Positions 22,074 through 34,945 of a stretch of DNA of 64,000 nucleotides are shown in pieces. The notes below the pieces were generated by a model. That model made no database searches. It was given only the letters and a program-made list of their open reading frames with translations, and was not told where the DNA came from. Position 1 is the first letter of the stretch, and each line of letters opens with the position of its first letter. The translations under genes were made by a program, and so were the position numbers. The stretch comes from Calcarisporiella thermophila CBS 279.70 (taxonomy: Eukaryota > Fungi > Calcarisporiellomycota). The stretch is from positions 124,001 through 188,000 of the forward strand of contig NW_027192215.1 of assembly GCF_041956535.1 (NCBI RefSeq), given 5' to 3'.

Positions 22074-23431
22074 TGGGCGCAAGGGCAGGGGGGGAGGGGG
22101 GGAGGATTAGGGGGGAGGATTAGTCGAATCTAGCAAACAAAACTAAGAATCACAGACAGGCGAGAGCATGTAGATATATACGGATGGAGGCGATGATGGG
22201 CGCTGGATTAAGTATTAGAGGATGGATAATGGATTAATGTCATGCATATGTTATAAATAGGAGGAAGCGACGGTGCCAATGTAGTAATATATAAATAAAA
22301 AAACAATGGCGGAAGTAGAACCGCCAAAGCAGGCACCCACTGGAAAAGTGGCTGTGACTAGCTTGGAAATCGGCCTATCCACGCTTAACTCTCGTTAGCC
22401 CACTTAGCCTGTGTTTGGCAGAGCCGCTGGCTGTGTCCGGAGGGTTGCTGCGGAGAGTTTCGGAGATCCTCTCATTTTGCAGGGAGGGGCTTTTTCGATT
22501 TTTCGAGCTATTCTTATTTCTCATCCACTCTCCCGATTGAGGAAGGCTTGCGATTTGCCCAATTGGTCACACGCGAGTCGCTGAACCCGCCCATCAATCA
22601 GGTCAGGCCATGCATCGGCAGAGGGAATCGAGCAGGAGAAAAACGCCGGCCGCCGCTCCAGCCTCGACGAAGGCTGCCGGCCGTCCAGCCCGGCCTTCTC
22701 TTTAGAAGAACCGGTTTGTGCCCGTTCGCGCGATGCATTGCGCAACCCCAAGCGCATCGGCCAGCCCAGAGCCAAGGGGGGGGGGGGCGTGGCTTGCCGG
22801 GCACTTACCTCACCGCCTTGGGGCTTGACGGTTGGCCAGGGCGGGCGATCGCCGTTGGCCGCAGCCAGCGAGGCGGCGCGCTGAGAATTGGGTATTTCCG
22901 CGCGCTCCCATTTGCGCAGAGGCATTGGAGCCACTTACCCGATTTGGGGGGGAGGGATGAGGCTGGCCCATCAGTGGGGGGAATTTACGTTGACAGAGGG
23001 CGAGAGGGGAGCTCGATTTTGCGTTTGCGAATCGAAAGTTCCCGCCATAGCTTATTACAAAATTAACGGCCACCGGGCGGCCTGCACTAATGAGCGGGGG
23101 CGATTTAGCCGAGAGTCTCCTCTTTTTTGTAACCCCGTCGGCTTCCACACGGCGAAAGCTGATTGACTCGAGCCGGGCCAATGTGGGCAGGGGCAGAGCA
23201 AGGTTCGCAGCTGGACTCGGAAGCGCACTGCCAATCCATTCGCCCCAGACACAAGGTGAAACGCGCTAGCATCGAGCCGATCCCGGATTGACCCTCCGCT
23301 GGAGTCACAATGCAGCACTGGGCCGAGGGGCCAGAGGGGGGGTGGGCCTCGCGGCCCATGCGTCATCGGCCGTTGACATCAGCCTGACTAATGGGGCCGG
23401 CCGGCCCTCGCGCGTCGGCCGCTCGACCCCG

Positions 23432-23438
23432 TGAGTCA
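23432..23438. promoter_or_regulatory. AP-1/Gcn4-type bZIP site TGAGTCA in the divergent cyclin/C2H2 intergenic region
   Basis: Perfect TGASTCA inside the quasi-palindrome ccccgtgagtcaccgggg. Related half-sites occur at about 23164 (TGACTC), 23302 (GAGTCA), 23359 (TGCGTCA) and 23385 (TGACTAA). Confidence 0.35.
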
Positions 23439-24224
23439 CCGGGGCTGGTGCGGCGGCCAGGCGCAGCCGTCGCCGCCGCCGTGGCGAGACGGCATCGGCA
23501 ACCCTGTTTTTGTGGCCGTAGGCTCCACGGTGTCGGCTCAGCGGGCGGCTGGGCACAGAGGCCAGAGGTGTCAAACGCGGCGGGCCCACTGGCCCGGCGC
23601 GCACGGCAGAGGTGATCAGGCAGCGGCTGCCGATGAAATAGCATTAGAGTTAGGGTTCTTGTTTATCCACTTCTGTCTCCTCTTGAATTTGCGAGCCAGT
23701 CAATGCGCATTGCGGCGAGGCCTACTCCGGCGCAAATTACTCACAGGCAACAAGCTTCCATATGGATGACTGCTCCCATGCGAGCAGGCTCGGGACACCT
23801 CCAGAATCCCGCTGCCCGTGCTAATTAAGTCTTGTGATAAACTCAAACCCTAACGCGGTGGGCCGCCCGCGGCCGCCGGATCCTCTGAGTCGGCTCGGTT
23901 GGGCTGCTGGCCTCTCCTTCCTCGCCCTTCTTCTCCGGTTCTTTTTTTCCATTCTCTGCCGCTCGCAATCTTATTCGCGCTATATATTTGTGTTTCGTCT
24001 TCTTTTTCTCTGCGGTCTCCTTTTCTCTTGCTCCCCCTCCCCCCCCCTCCCTCGCCCCCTTCCCACGCTCGGCTCTTCCTCTTCTCCTTAGGCCTGTTTC
24101 ACGACACCCTTCCTCCTGCTTCTTATAGTAAGAGAGATTGCCCCATCCGTCGCCGCGAGAAGAAGCGCCCCGTCGCCGCCGCCGCTCCCTCACGCACACC
24201 CCCCCCTCCCCGCCGCGCTTATCC

Positions 24225-25718
24225 ATGCTCTATACGCCTGCGACTGCAGCCGCCCCCGCACACTTGCACTATCATCTCCTCCAAGGCTCGAACGGCTCCA
24301 AGCCGCACCCGGTAGACTCGCTGTGGTTCCACGAACGGCCGGCCGCGACCGCCGCCCCCTCCGCCTCCGCCGCGCCCCCCCGCTCGCCGCACCCGATGCA
24401 CAACAGCAGGCGCCCCCCCTCCCCCCCCTTTCCCCCGTACGCCCCCCACCCAATGGGCCCTGCCGCCTCCTATAGAGTGCCCCTCGACGCTCCGCACAAG
24501 GTGGCGGGTGGGGGCGAGGAGGAGGGCGAGGGCGAAGGCGAGCGCGGCGCGCGAAGGGGCGAGTGCCACGCTCCCGCCGGTCACAGCGCGAGCGGCCATC
24601 TGCACGCCGGCTTCTCCCCGCAGCCCGGTGGCGCGCCGCTCTATTACGCGGCCGCCACCCCGTCGCTCGACGGCTTCTCCACCGTCTCCTCGACACCCTC
24701 GCCCGCCCCTTTCTATGTCGAGCAACCGCCCATGTACCCCGTGCATCCCCACGCGCTGGACGCCGCCTTCTTCCACCCCATGGCGCAGCCCGCCGCCGCG
24801 CCCGTCTTCTTCTCTCCCCCGCCGGGAGTGGGCTATGCTACGCTGGAGCACGAGAGCGAGGTCGAGGAGATCGGCTCCAGCCTGGGCTCGCCGCTGCCGC
24901 CGTCCTCGCACCCCACCCCCTATCTCGCGTGGGAGCTCGCCACGCAGCCCGAGTTCCGGCCGCACGCCACGCCCCCGGAGTCTGCTCGCCTCAGCGTCCC
25001 CGCCGCGTCCCCGACCCCTCCGCACCCTCCCCCTCCCCCTCACCCGTACGGGGCCGATGAGCCCTTTTCTCTCGTGGACTATGCCTCGCCTGCCGTCTCT
25101 GCTCCCCAGTTTCGCACCGCGATCCTCTCCCCCCCTCCGCTCCCCACCCCGCTTCCCCCCGCCTCGCTCACCACCGTCCCCCCGACACTGCCTTCCTCGC
25201 ATCCGGCGTTCTCTCCCTTGCCCCACGCATCTGCTCAGCCCCAGGGTAGCTTTCGGGGGGCCGTGATGAAAGAGAATGCCGTGGACCGGCCCTACAAGTG
25301 TGAGAGCTGCTCTCAAAGTTTCCACAGAAACCACGACCTGAAGGTAATCCGGGAGTCCGTCTGCCCGAGAAAGCTAGGCCGATGCTCACCTTTTTTCCCT
25401 CCCCACTCATGCTTTAGAGACACGCCCGGATACATTTACAGGTAAAGCCGTTCGCCTGCCAGCATTGTCACAAGTCCTTTTCTCGGTAGGTTGAAGAGGC
25501 TGTGCCACCTCGTGTGGTTCGCATGCCCTGCTGTCCACATACAGTTCCACTCACTCAAGCTTTTGAACCACCTTTGTAGCAAGGATGCCCTGAAACGCCA
25601 CACGGTCGTGAAAAAGTGCGGGATGAACAGCGCCGCCGAGAGCGGGAAGCGGCCCCCCCCAGGGCCTTCTTCGGCGACGGGAGCAGCCGGGAAAATAGGA
25701 GACGACCCGGCGCCATAG
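24225..25718 (+). CDS. C2H2 zinc-finger transcription factor (two C-terminal fingers, Pro-rich N-terminus); 3 exons
   Basis: Spliced fingers read DRPYKCESCSQSFHRNHDLK|RHARIHLQVKPFACQHCHKSFSR|KDALKRHTVVKKC. Confidence 0.92.
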
Positions 25719-26162
25719 CACCTCTCTCTCTGCTCTGTCGGGTTGGGATATATTTCATTAGGTAGATTTCTGCTGCTTCTCTGTTTAAGTTACGATGATC
25801 TTGGGGAAACCCGGTCATTGGAAAGGCCAGCTTGTATATTGTACAGTTTCTTTTTTTCCTTCTTCTTCTTTACTTGGGGATTTAATATTCAATTGTTTTT
25901 ACCATTGCTATATAATTTCGTTTTAACTTCTCTATTTCTCTCGACTGTGCTTTTAGTTTCCCTTAATTATAAATCGATTCATTTATTGCATCGCAATTGG
26001 TTCTCCCCCATTGGCCTGGCAGGCTGCTGTCACCATTTCCGCAAATGGTTGTCCTCGCCCGACTGGGCCCAGGATCCGGATTGGCGATTTCAATGACGCG
26101 TTTGAGAATTCTTCGCGTCGCGTCTCTTATACTTCTAGCTTACATTCGCCGTGGCCAAGTCA

Positions 26163-29100
26163 ATGCCAACAAGATTGATAAAAAATGCGGCCAAAGGAGG
26201 TACCACCTCTACTCCTGCAATGACCTCCACGACATCAAGGAGCCGCACAACCCATTCCGTCCCATCAGATCTTGTCAAATCCACCACGCGGATAGCTTCC
26301 AAAACGGCGGGCAAGACGGCCACCCCCACTCCCGCTTCACTAGTGAAGCAGAGCAGGCGCGCTGAGCCTGCAAACCAGGGCGCGCCCAATAGCAAAACTG
26401 CGCTGCTGGTTGCGAGCATCGCAAGTCTGGCGGCCGGGATCGGCCAGAACAACCTGAAAGACCAAGGTATAGCTGATCTTCTCTTTATCCTGAAGCTCAC
26501 TAACGATGGGGAGGATGGCCAAAACCATAGAATGGAACCCAAGGATCACTAAGATGTTAGCCGAGCTTTCGAGAATGAAAGCAGAGCTCGTTGCATCCAC
26601 TGAAGCCGATTTAAACAAAGAATTCGAAGATATATGCAGATTCCTGCGAGCGATGAATGCGCTACGAAAGGCGTTCGATGCTGGAGCAAAGATAAACGAG
26701 TCCTGGGTGGCAAAGGGTGCGAGCGTTTTGTTTGCTGGCATAGAATATCTAATAGGATGGTGGGGGGCGTTTTCAAGTGCATATCAAGTAAGCCGAAGGC
26801 TTTATCTGGAGAGTTTTATACGCGGTTCATTTTGACATGACTCTCTTCCCCCATTAGATCGAGTACGCGAGCCGTTCGGATTCTCTTCTCTCCCCCGAGA
26901 GCATCCATGCCGTCATTATCCATTCCCTGACCCACCATTCGTTCTTGCTTCACCATCAGTTTGCCTCTGCCTCTCCGACTCCTCGCCGCTTCAGCCAGCT
27001 TGAGTTGGCCACCCAGCACTGCAGGGGGCATTATCCCACCGGATTAAAGGTGGTTGCAAGCGGCTACTATAATTTGGGCGGCGTGGCCTATCAGTCCGGT
27101 CGATATGAACTGGCCGTTGAACCGTTCAGGCGCAGCTGCGACTTATTAGATGAATATTTAGAAAAGACAAATCAAAAGGACAATGCAGAAGAAGCGGGGG
27201 CGTTGGAGAAAAGAATGGAGCTTTTAGGTGCTTCATTACTAAAGCTAAGACAATACCAGGTAAGCCGTGTCTTTCCCCCCAATGAATCCTTGGACAGACT
27301 CTTCTTCAGGAGCATGCTTTTAAATGAAATGGAAACCTTACTTTAGGATGCACTGAAAGTCTTTTTCACTTCCCTCGCTCGGCTTTTACCCACCCAGCTC
27401 CCATCGTTCGTATCCTCGCTTAATCGAACCTCTCTTTGCAATACAGCACGTCTCTGCCCGACTCTCCCTCGTACTATTGATCGTATTATTCGGATTTCAT
27501 TAGTAGAGCTAGTGCAAACCAACTTCAAACTTCCACATGAATACATCGACGCTAAAGAAAACGGGCGTGCGGAAGCTGTTGGCGGAATGCTCGAGTATGA
27601 ACTGACCGTGCTGCATAGCTTTTTCGAAAAAACCGATATTGGAGCGCTGATGTTAAAGGTGGTCGATGAAGGAATATCGATCTATAATGAGCAAAAGTTT
27701 CCAATTCGAAGAGCCAGGTGAATGAATTGTGTCGTGTTTCATTTAATTATGGGTTGACGAGCTGACCGTAGGAGCCCTCTCGTGTTTTTTATAATAGAAT
27801 ATCCATCGAAAAGGCAAAGTTGCTCTGGACCATAGGCGAGGAGAACGCTTCGCTAGAGGCGGACGCATTATTGAATTGCGCCATCGATCTCCTAAAATCA
27901 GAGGTAGAGTGATAGATGCTTTTTTTTACCCCTTTCATCCACCTAAGCTAAAATTCCACCAGGAATATGGAGCCGATGCTGGTCTACAGCAACTCCGTTG
28001 CTTCTATCTGGGGGTGGCTTACGCATGGCATGGTATTGCGGCCCTCCCAATATGTAGGATGGATGCCTTTAAAAAAGGATTGCAGCTGTGGAAGGGTATA
28101 CTACGGAAAATTCCTCTGCTAGGAAGTGGAGGTAAGAGTGAGAAGGGTTGCTCTCAATTCTGACAGGCGCTTGACCTCATGCGTGATTTTCCATTTAGCT
28201 CTCGCTGGACCAGAAGACACCAAAGCGACCCTTGCGGCCATTGATGATGTAGAGAAATTTTACGGCTTTCTAAGTACATAGAGAATGAAGCTTTTCTGAA
28301 ATAGCTCAGGTGTATAGCTCTTTTTATTTTTATTTCCAATTGGCAGATATGCTCGCCGACCTGTTCTCGCTTCTCGACCGTCCAATACAACACCTTCTAA
28401 CCCTCAAACTCATGCTTCGTCTCAACAACGGACTTCGTACAGAAAAAGACACCTGTCATCAAGGTAACTATCCTATATATTATATAGTTGAGGACAAAAG
28501 GGGGTTTTAAACTGTACACATTATTTTGTTTTCAGATGGTATTCAGGCATACATACGAATCGGCGAGGTTTACACATTGTTGGGCTATTCTGGAAAAGCT
28601 GGGATGGCTTTTTTACAAGCGAAAAGACTGATGGAATCGACAGCATGCCCGAACGAAGCAAAAGTTCGGTGGCTACTTCGGTACAGCTATCATCTCTGCT
28701 CCTCTGGCAATATCAAGAATGCGTAAGCGAACTCTTGATTTCCCCTCTCCTACCGTGGGAATTCAGCAGTGCTAATGCGCTGTATGTTCAATAGGTTGCC
28801 GGCGTTCAATGAAACGACAACCTTGGCAGATTTCAAGGCTGGACACAAAAATTCGCTCAGCGCAACGCAGAAGCGAGAAAGACACATACTTGTGACGGAT
28901 GCGTGTCTCACGCGATCGACAATTGCATACGCGACGGGTTCACTTCACCAGGCAACTCAGGATGCTACGCGGGCATTGCGGATGCTTGGCAGAGTTCTAA
29001 ACGGGCTAGCGAGACAGTCCAAGCTTTCAAAGGAAGATCAAGAAAAGACATCAAACAATCCATTTGTCTCTGTTCCCAGCGACGGAAAATTTGCGATCGA

Positions 29101-32100
29101 AGACGTGGGAGAGAGAGAGGGAATGGCGTCTGAAGACAGCTTGAAGGCATTGCATAAAAATCAATGGGGGCTAACTAGGGTATATATGCAATTGTCTATA
29201 TTCCATGCTTTAAGAAGTTTCAGCACACCCACAATTTGTATGTTTTAGAAATTGCTCGACACGTACGCCCTCCTCGGCAAACTGTACGTCGCCCGAGGCT
29301 CGGCTCGCGAAGCTGACTATTACTTTCGAAAAGGCCGTATGCTAGCCGACATGGTGGGCGCTAAGGTGCTTGCTGCGCGGTTTCTCCTGCACATTGCCGA
29401 GCTGGAGTGCAGAAAGCGAGAATGGGAAGAGACCAAGGAGAATCTCGAAACAACACTGAAATACCAGCAAGAAACGGAGGTTTTGGTTAAGGATCAGGCA
29501 AGTGCCATAACTCTTGGAGGAGATTTGCAACTGCAGCAGTGTTTATACACGAACGCGGTGGGGGAATATGAACGGGCAGAGGGTTTATTAAAAACAATGA
29601 TGACCAGCGAATTTATCGATGAACTTGAGCGGACTGAACCTTTGTAAATATTGCCAGCCCCGCTAAATGAAAGTGGTCTGCCCATCTTTAATTACTTATT
29701 TTCTCTTGTTCTAGGGGCAACTATACGCCACGGGAAAAGAAGGTCATTCCCATATCAATGCCAGTTACGCCAACCACAGCCGTCAAAGGACGAAAGCTGA
29801 AGCAGCCAGGTATGGGCTGGTTAGCTTCCAGGGGATTCGCTAAATTGGCTGACATAGTTTATAGTAGACGGGACACAGTTGGAATGGGTTGTATTGGACA
29901 ACATGAAATCTTCGCTCTTCTACCGTACTGCTTGGGCCCTTTGTAAACAAGGAGAAATTCAGAGTGGGGAAAAGCTTCTGGCTGATCTGGAAAAGGCGAG
30001 GCTGTTCGGTGAAGAGGAGGTAATTTGCACGCTGGAGTCTCATTTTATTTTCGCTTGACTAAATTTAGTAGATGGAGTACTATCTGATCAGGGCTAAATT
30101 CGAAGTGTGCGCGGTACTTGATGAGTTCGCAAGCGACACGTTACTGAGCATGCTCGAGGAGGCTGGTACGTATTTCTTATGGATTAGTGAGAGATCAAAT
30201 CGATGGTACAAATACTCAAGTTCTCTTGGTTAAAGTGCTCGCAATACCACTAATTGCTCAGAGTTCTCAGCCCAAAACAGCTGGCAAAACAGCGAGCCGT
30301 CTCAAGCTCGCCACTAAGCCGGTGAAAAACTCCGCAAAGCTGGCCAGCGCTAAGAAATCCACGGTGGACTCCAGCGCCCTCACCGCTCCTACTCTCGACG
30401 TAGATGCAGCTCTCGAACATCGCCTCGATCGAGCCATAGAACACGTGCGCAAAGCTTTTTCAATTGGATTTGATGGAGGTGCGGCCCATCTGGCCTACGA
30501 AGCCTGCCTATATTTTGCATTGGCGACTATGCTTCGAACTTATTCAGATCCCAAAAAACTAAGAGGAGTTGAGGAAGAGGCGGTGAGAAACGCCGCAATG
30601 TATCTGGGTAGGCTATTAATCCGCTATATCACTGATCTATTTTACTGGGCTGTTTTAATGGGATTTCCTTCTTGGTAATCAGAATTGGCAAAAGGGATCA
30701 CGGCGCGTCGGGATATGCTCAGCTCCCTGGAAATGAAATTGGCACCGGCTCAGTCCCAAGATTTGGCCTGGGTAGATCTGCTTACTCTGAATAATGAGGA
30801 AGTGGTTGCTGAAACTAAAACCGTCACGGATCCTGCCGTGGTAAGCATTGAGGATGAAGAGGATTGGGACGTGGCCTGCTGGAAAAGGCTACATCGCTTA
30901 TATCTTAACGAGCAAGCCATATCCTCCCAGCATTTCCAACAGCACTGGGTTAATGCACTGCCCATAACCTGGACAGTGTGCTCCATTGCTCTTGATCCGG
31001 AGAGTCAGAACTTGTATTTTACACGCTTGCGAGCACAGCAGTTACCGTTTATTGTCCGGATGCCACTTAACCGTCACGAGGAGCGCGATTCGAGCGACGG
31101 GGAGCCTTTTGGCTATACAGAGGCAACAGAAGCACTGGGTACCCTGTTGGAGCAGGCGAATGAAACGGCAAGAAATGGAAAGCACTGTGAGACCAAGGAG
31201 AGCAAACTGAATTGGTGGGAGCGACGACGGGAACTGGATAGGAGTATGGGGGCATTGGTTACGAAGATAGAGGACAGATGGCTAGGGGGGTTAAAAGGTT
31301 TGCTTATACCGGATGGAGAAGATGAGATGGCGAAAGAGCCGCTGGAGAAATTCCGCCTGGCGTTGGAAGCGCTGCTTATTGGCGCATCGACAAATACAAG
31401 GGGCAAGGGAAAGAAGATTCCATCCGGGAGCTTTAAGCTTGGCAATGATCTTTGCAAGGCACTTACTCGACTCACCAGTCGCGAGTCGGACGAGGTTCTC
31501 GAGGATGCGGTCTACTTTTTGCTGGATAGTTATCATTTGATTGGAATGCCCGTCGAGTACGACGAAATTGACGTGGATAGGGTAAGCGTTCAGATTAAAA
31601 TATCAGAAGAAAGCCTACGCTTACCCTGAATTTGGTGCTACAGCTTGTAGAGGGTCTAAAGGCGGCGCTCGACACATACCATTCCTCTAATTCCACATCG
31701 GCCACCATTTCTTGCTCACAGACGCCTCATCTTATTCTTGTACTTGATAAACATGCACAACTGCTCCCTTGGGAATCGATGCCTATTCTCCGCAATATAC
31801 CCACTTGCCGCGTCCCAACGCTGAGCTTTTTGCGAGATCGCATTCTCATCACACGGTTGCGCAACAACGGCACTAGTAACCCCTCCTCTGTAGAAACAGA
31901 AAAATCCGACGAAAGCAGCAGCACAGACCAATCCTATATTTTAGATGCTGACAAGACCTATTATATTTTAAACCCTAGCGGTGACTTGAGCCGAACTCAG
32001 GAGGAATTTGCGGGATGGTTCGAAACGTTACGAGAGGGACGTTGGGAAGGCGTGGTTGGCAGAAGACCGGCGGGGTGGGAGTGCGAAAGGGGTCTGGGAG

Positions 32101-32668
32101 ACCATGAGCTTTACATGTAGGTTTTTTTTTTCTGTCGAGAATCAATATGAGCTGATATTCATGTCCTATGATTGCGTCTAGCTATTTTGGACATAGTGGA
32201 GGGGAGCAATACATTCGCGGGCATCAAATTCGCCGCCTCAAAAAGTGCGCCGTAGCACTTCTGATTGGATGTAGTAGTGGGCGGTTAAAGCCTGCAGGAG
32301 ATTTGGACCCGTGGGGCAACTCAATGAACTACATGCTGGCCGGATGGTAAATATTCCTCCAACTGGCTTTTACTCAGTGCACGCAATTTATTTGATGTTT
32401 ACTAGTCCTGCACTGGTGGCTAACCTCTGGGACGTGACTGATCGGGATATTGACCGGTTCAGTCGAAAGCTGTTGAGCGCGTGGGGAATTGAGGGGCACA
32501 CTGGAAGATCCCTGGCGGAAGCAGTATGTAACGCCCGGGAAGAATGCACGCTTAGATATCTGAATGGTAATCCAATTTTACAGACGAAGCAAACGAAACG
32601 GTTTTGACTTTTGCCCTCAAATAGGTGCAGCACCCGTTGTGTACGGGATTCCGGTCTATATTCGATAA
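26163..32668 (+). CDS. ESP1: Separase (peptidase C50); about 17 exons; start codon inferred
   Basis: The C-terminal protease domain has LVLDKHAQLLPWESMP, YILNPSGDLSRTQ, catalytic His in YFGHSGGEQY and Cys in LIGCSSG, followed by ANLWDVTDRDIDRF and GAAPVVYGIP. The N-terminus is long and helical/TPR-like. Confidence 0.96.
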
Positions 32669-33425
32669 TGACGTTTATTAGATTGTAGAAATCCACTTTT
32701 CGCACATATGTACAGCCTTTTGAGACCATGGGTGTGGAAACTTTTCTATTTATATAACCTAATAATCATGTATAGTTCCAAGTCTCAATCACCGCCTTCA
32801 TTTTTCACGGACTCTCGTGGCTTTTCCATTTAGAATAACTAAACTTCGATGTTAAACCTATTGACTCGGAGCCCGATATCACTGCCATTATCTATACACT
32901 AGGCTATTGAGCATTTATCAAAAGATACTGCACTCCTCAGAAACGAACTTGAACACTTTTTATTATCCGTAATCAATTTAACGGTTGCTCGTGGCGAATT
33001 AATAGAGGCTATTTTATTCATGCTGTCAGATGAAAGTATCTGTCATATTCCAAAGTATCCAAAATTTGCTCGACTATCTTCTTCAGTGTCATTTTTTTGG
33101 ACAACAGTGGTTCTAACAGAACGGGCATAAAAAATTTATACGATTTAATGCGTAAAGAAGCAAAGTCAATTCAAACTGGACGATTGTGCCGAATTTTTGC
33201 CTGAATATCACGCTTTTGAGTAAGGGCACCGTTGATTCAAGCTTTAGTGTCCCGCTCGAACACTAGTTTTAAATTTCCTAATCAACTAAGAACTCCCCTG
33301 AACTCTACCACAAACCAATAGGCTCGCACAATCACAGTGGGATATCAACTCGAAAACTAACCCAACATTTATTCCCACCCTCTCCCCAATCTCATTCATT
33401 TCCCCGCTCTTTTCAAACACTCAAC

Positions 33426-34796
33426 ATGTTCCGTGCCGCACGTATCTCCTTCCGAGTGTCCTCCATTCCTCGCCGTCACTTTGCCACCGTGGAGACACCT
33501 GGTGCAGCTCGTGTAGCTGCCGCAATGTCTCCGCTGGCGCGCCATGTCGGCGCTCCTTTACGCAACGACTGGAAGAAGGAGGAGGTGCAGGCAATTTACG
33601 ATTCGCCTTTGATGGAATTAATGTTTCATGCTGTATGTCTCTGACTCGCTTGATATCCAGCGATGTCCCTGAATGTTCCCGTGATATATTTTTTTTAACC
33701 GTGTAAACCATGATAGGCTCAAGTCCATCGATTACATCATGACCCTCGAGCGGTTCAACAATGCACTCTCTTATCTATCAAAACTGGAGGATGTACTGAA
33801 GATTGTAAATACTGTCCCCAGTCCTCACGTTACAAAACAAATGTAAAAGCGCAGAAGCTCATGGATTCGGACGAAATTCTCGTGGCTGCCCGCAGGGCAA
33901 AAGAGGCTGGAAGTTCAAGGTTCTGTATGGGTGCAGCCTGGCGCGATCTGGCAGGACGCAAATCAAACTTTAACAAAATTTTAGAATATGTGAAGGAAAT
34001 TCGTGGGATGGGGATGGAGGTGTGCTGTACGTTAGGTATGTTGAACGAAGTACAGGCTAAGGCTCTAAAGGAAGCTGGACTCACAGCCTATAACCACAAC
34101 CTGGATACATCGCGCGAGTACTACCCTACGGTAATACATCTTTCCCAGCCACTATTTTTGCTTTGCGCATGCGTTAATATGATATTTTGCACCCCATCTA
34201 GATTATTTCCACGCGTACTTATGATGAGCGTCTCCAAACTCTGGAAAATGTGCGTTCTGCGGGCATCAATGTTTGCTCTGGAGGCATTATTGGACTTGGC
34301 GAAGATCACCATGATAGAGTTGGACTTCTTCACACGTTGGCAACTCTGCCACAGCATCCAGAGAGTGTGCCGGTTAACGCTCTTCTTGCCGTTGAGGGCA
34401 CTCCGCTTGAAAACCAAGAGGTAATTCTTTCCACATCTTCTTCGAGTTTATAATATAATGTCAATGTTTTATTTTTTGGTATCTTCTCTCTCACCAAAGC
34501 CCGTTTCTATTTGGGAAATGGTACGCATGGTCTCCACCGCCCGTATAATCATGCCTAAGTCAATGGTGAGACTCTCAGCTGGCCGAGTGCGCTTTTCACC
34601 TGCTGAACAAGCGCTCTGCTTCTTATCGGGTGCAAACTCCATTTTCACCGGGGATAAGCTGCTGACTACACCAAACAATGCATTTACGGATGATCAGAAG
34701 CTATTTGAGACACTTGGCCTTGTACCAAAGCAAGCGGATTTTAACCAGACCACTAAAGTAGAAAAGGGCGAAAAGGTCGAAGAAGCCTCGCTGTGA
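33426..34796 (+). CDS. BIO2: Mitochondrial biotin synthase (radical SAM); 4 exons
   Basis: Presequence, then [16 protein letters not shown] (CxxxCxxC), [27 protein letters not shown] and [14 protein letters not shown]. Confidence 0.98.
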
Positions 34797-34945
34797 ATAA
34801 AGGGAAATGACAATTTATTTATACAAGAATGCAACATTCTATGATTTTTTATAATGTTTGTTTTGGCTCTATGGATATAGTTTACTTTTTGAATAGAATA
34901 AACATTCCAATAACGACAACCCAAGAATAGCCACCCTCCTCCTAG

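Noticed and set aside
22500-24200. Many overlapping 70-170 aa ORFs on both strands
   Set aside because: They are expected in very GC-rich DNA. The translations are R/P/G/A-rich with no motifs or consistent splice structure, so I treated the region as regulatory intergenic sequence.
20900-25720. GC-rich island as a bacterial HGT or contaminant
   Set aside because: It encodes eukaryote-specific cyclin and C2H2 proteins with spliceosomal introns and grades into the flanking genes.
33426-34796. BIO2 as part of a biotin biosynthesis gene cluster
   Set aside because: No BIO3/BIO4 (bioDA) or bioF genes are in the window; the neighbours are separase and a TMEM70-like gene.
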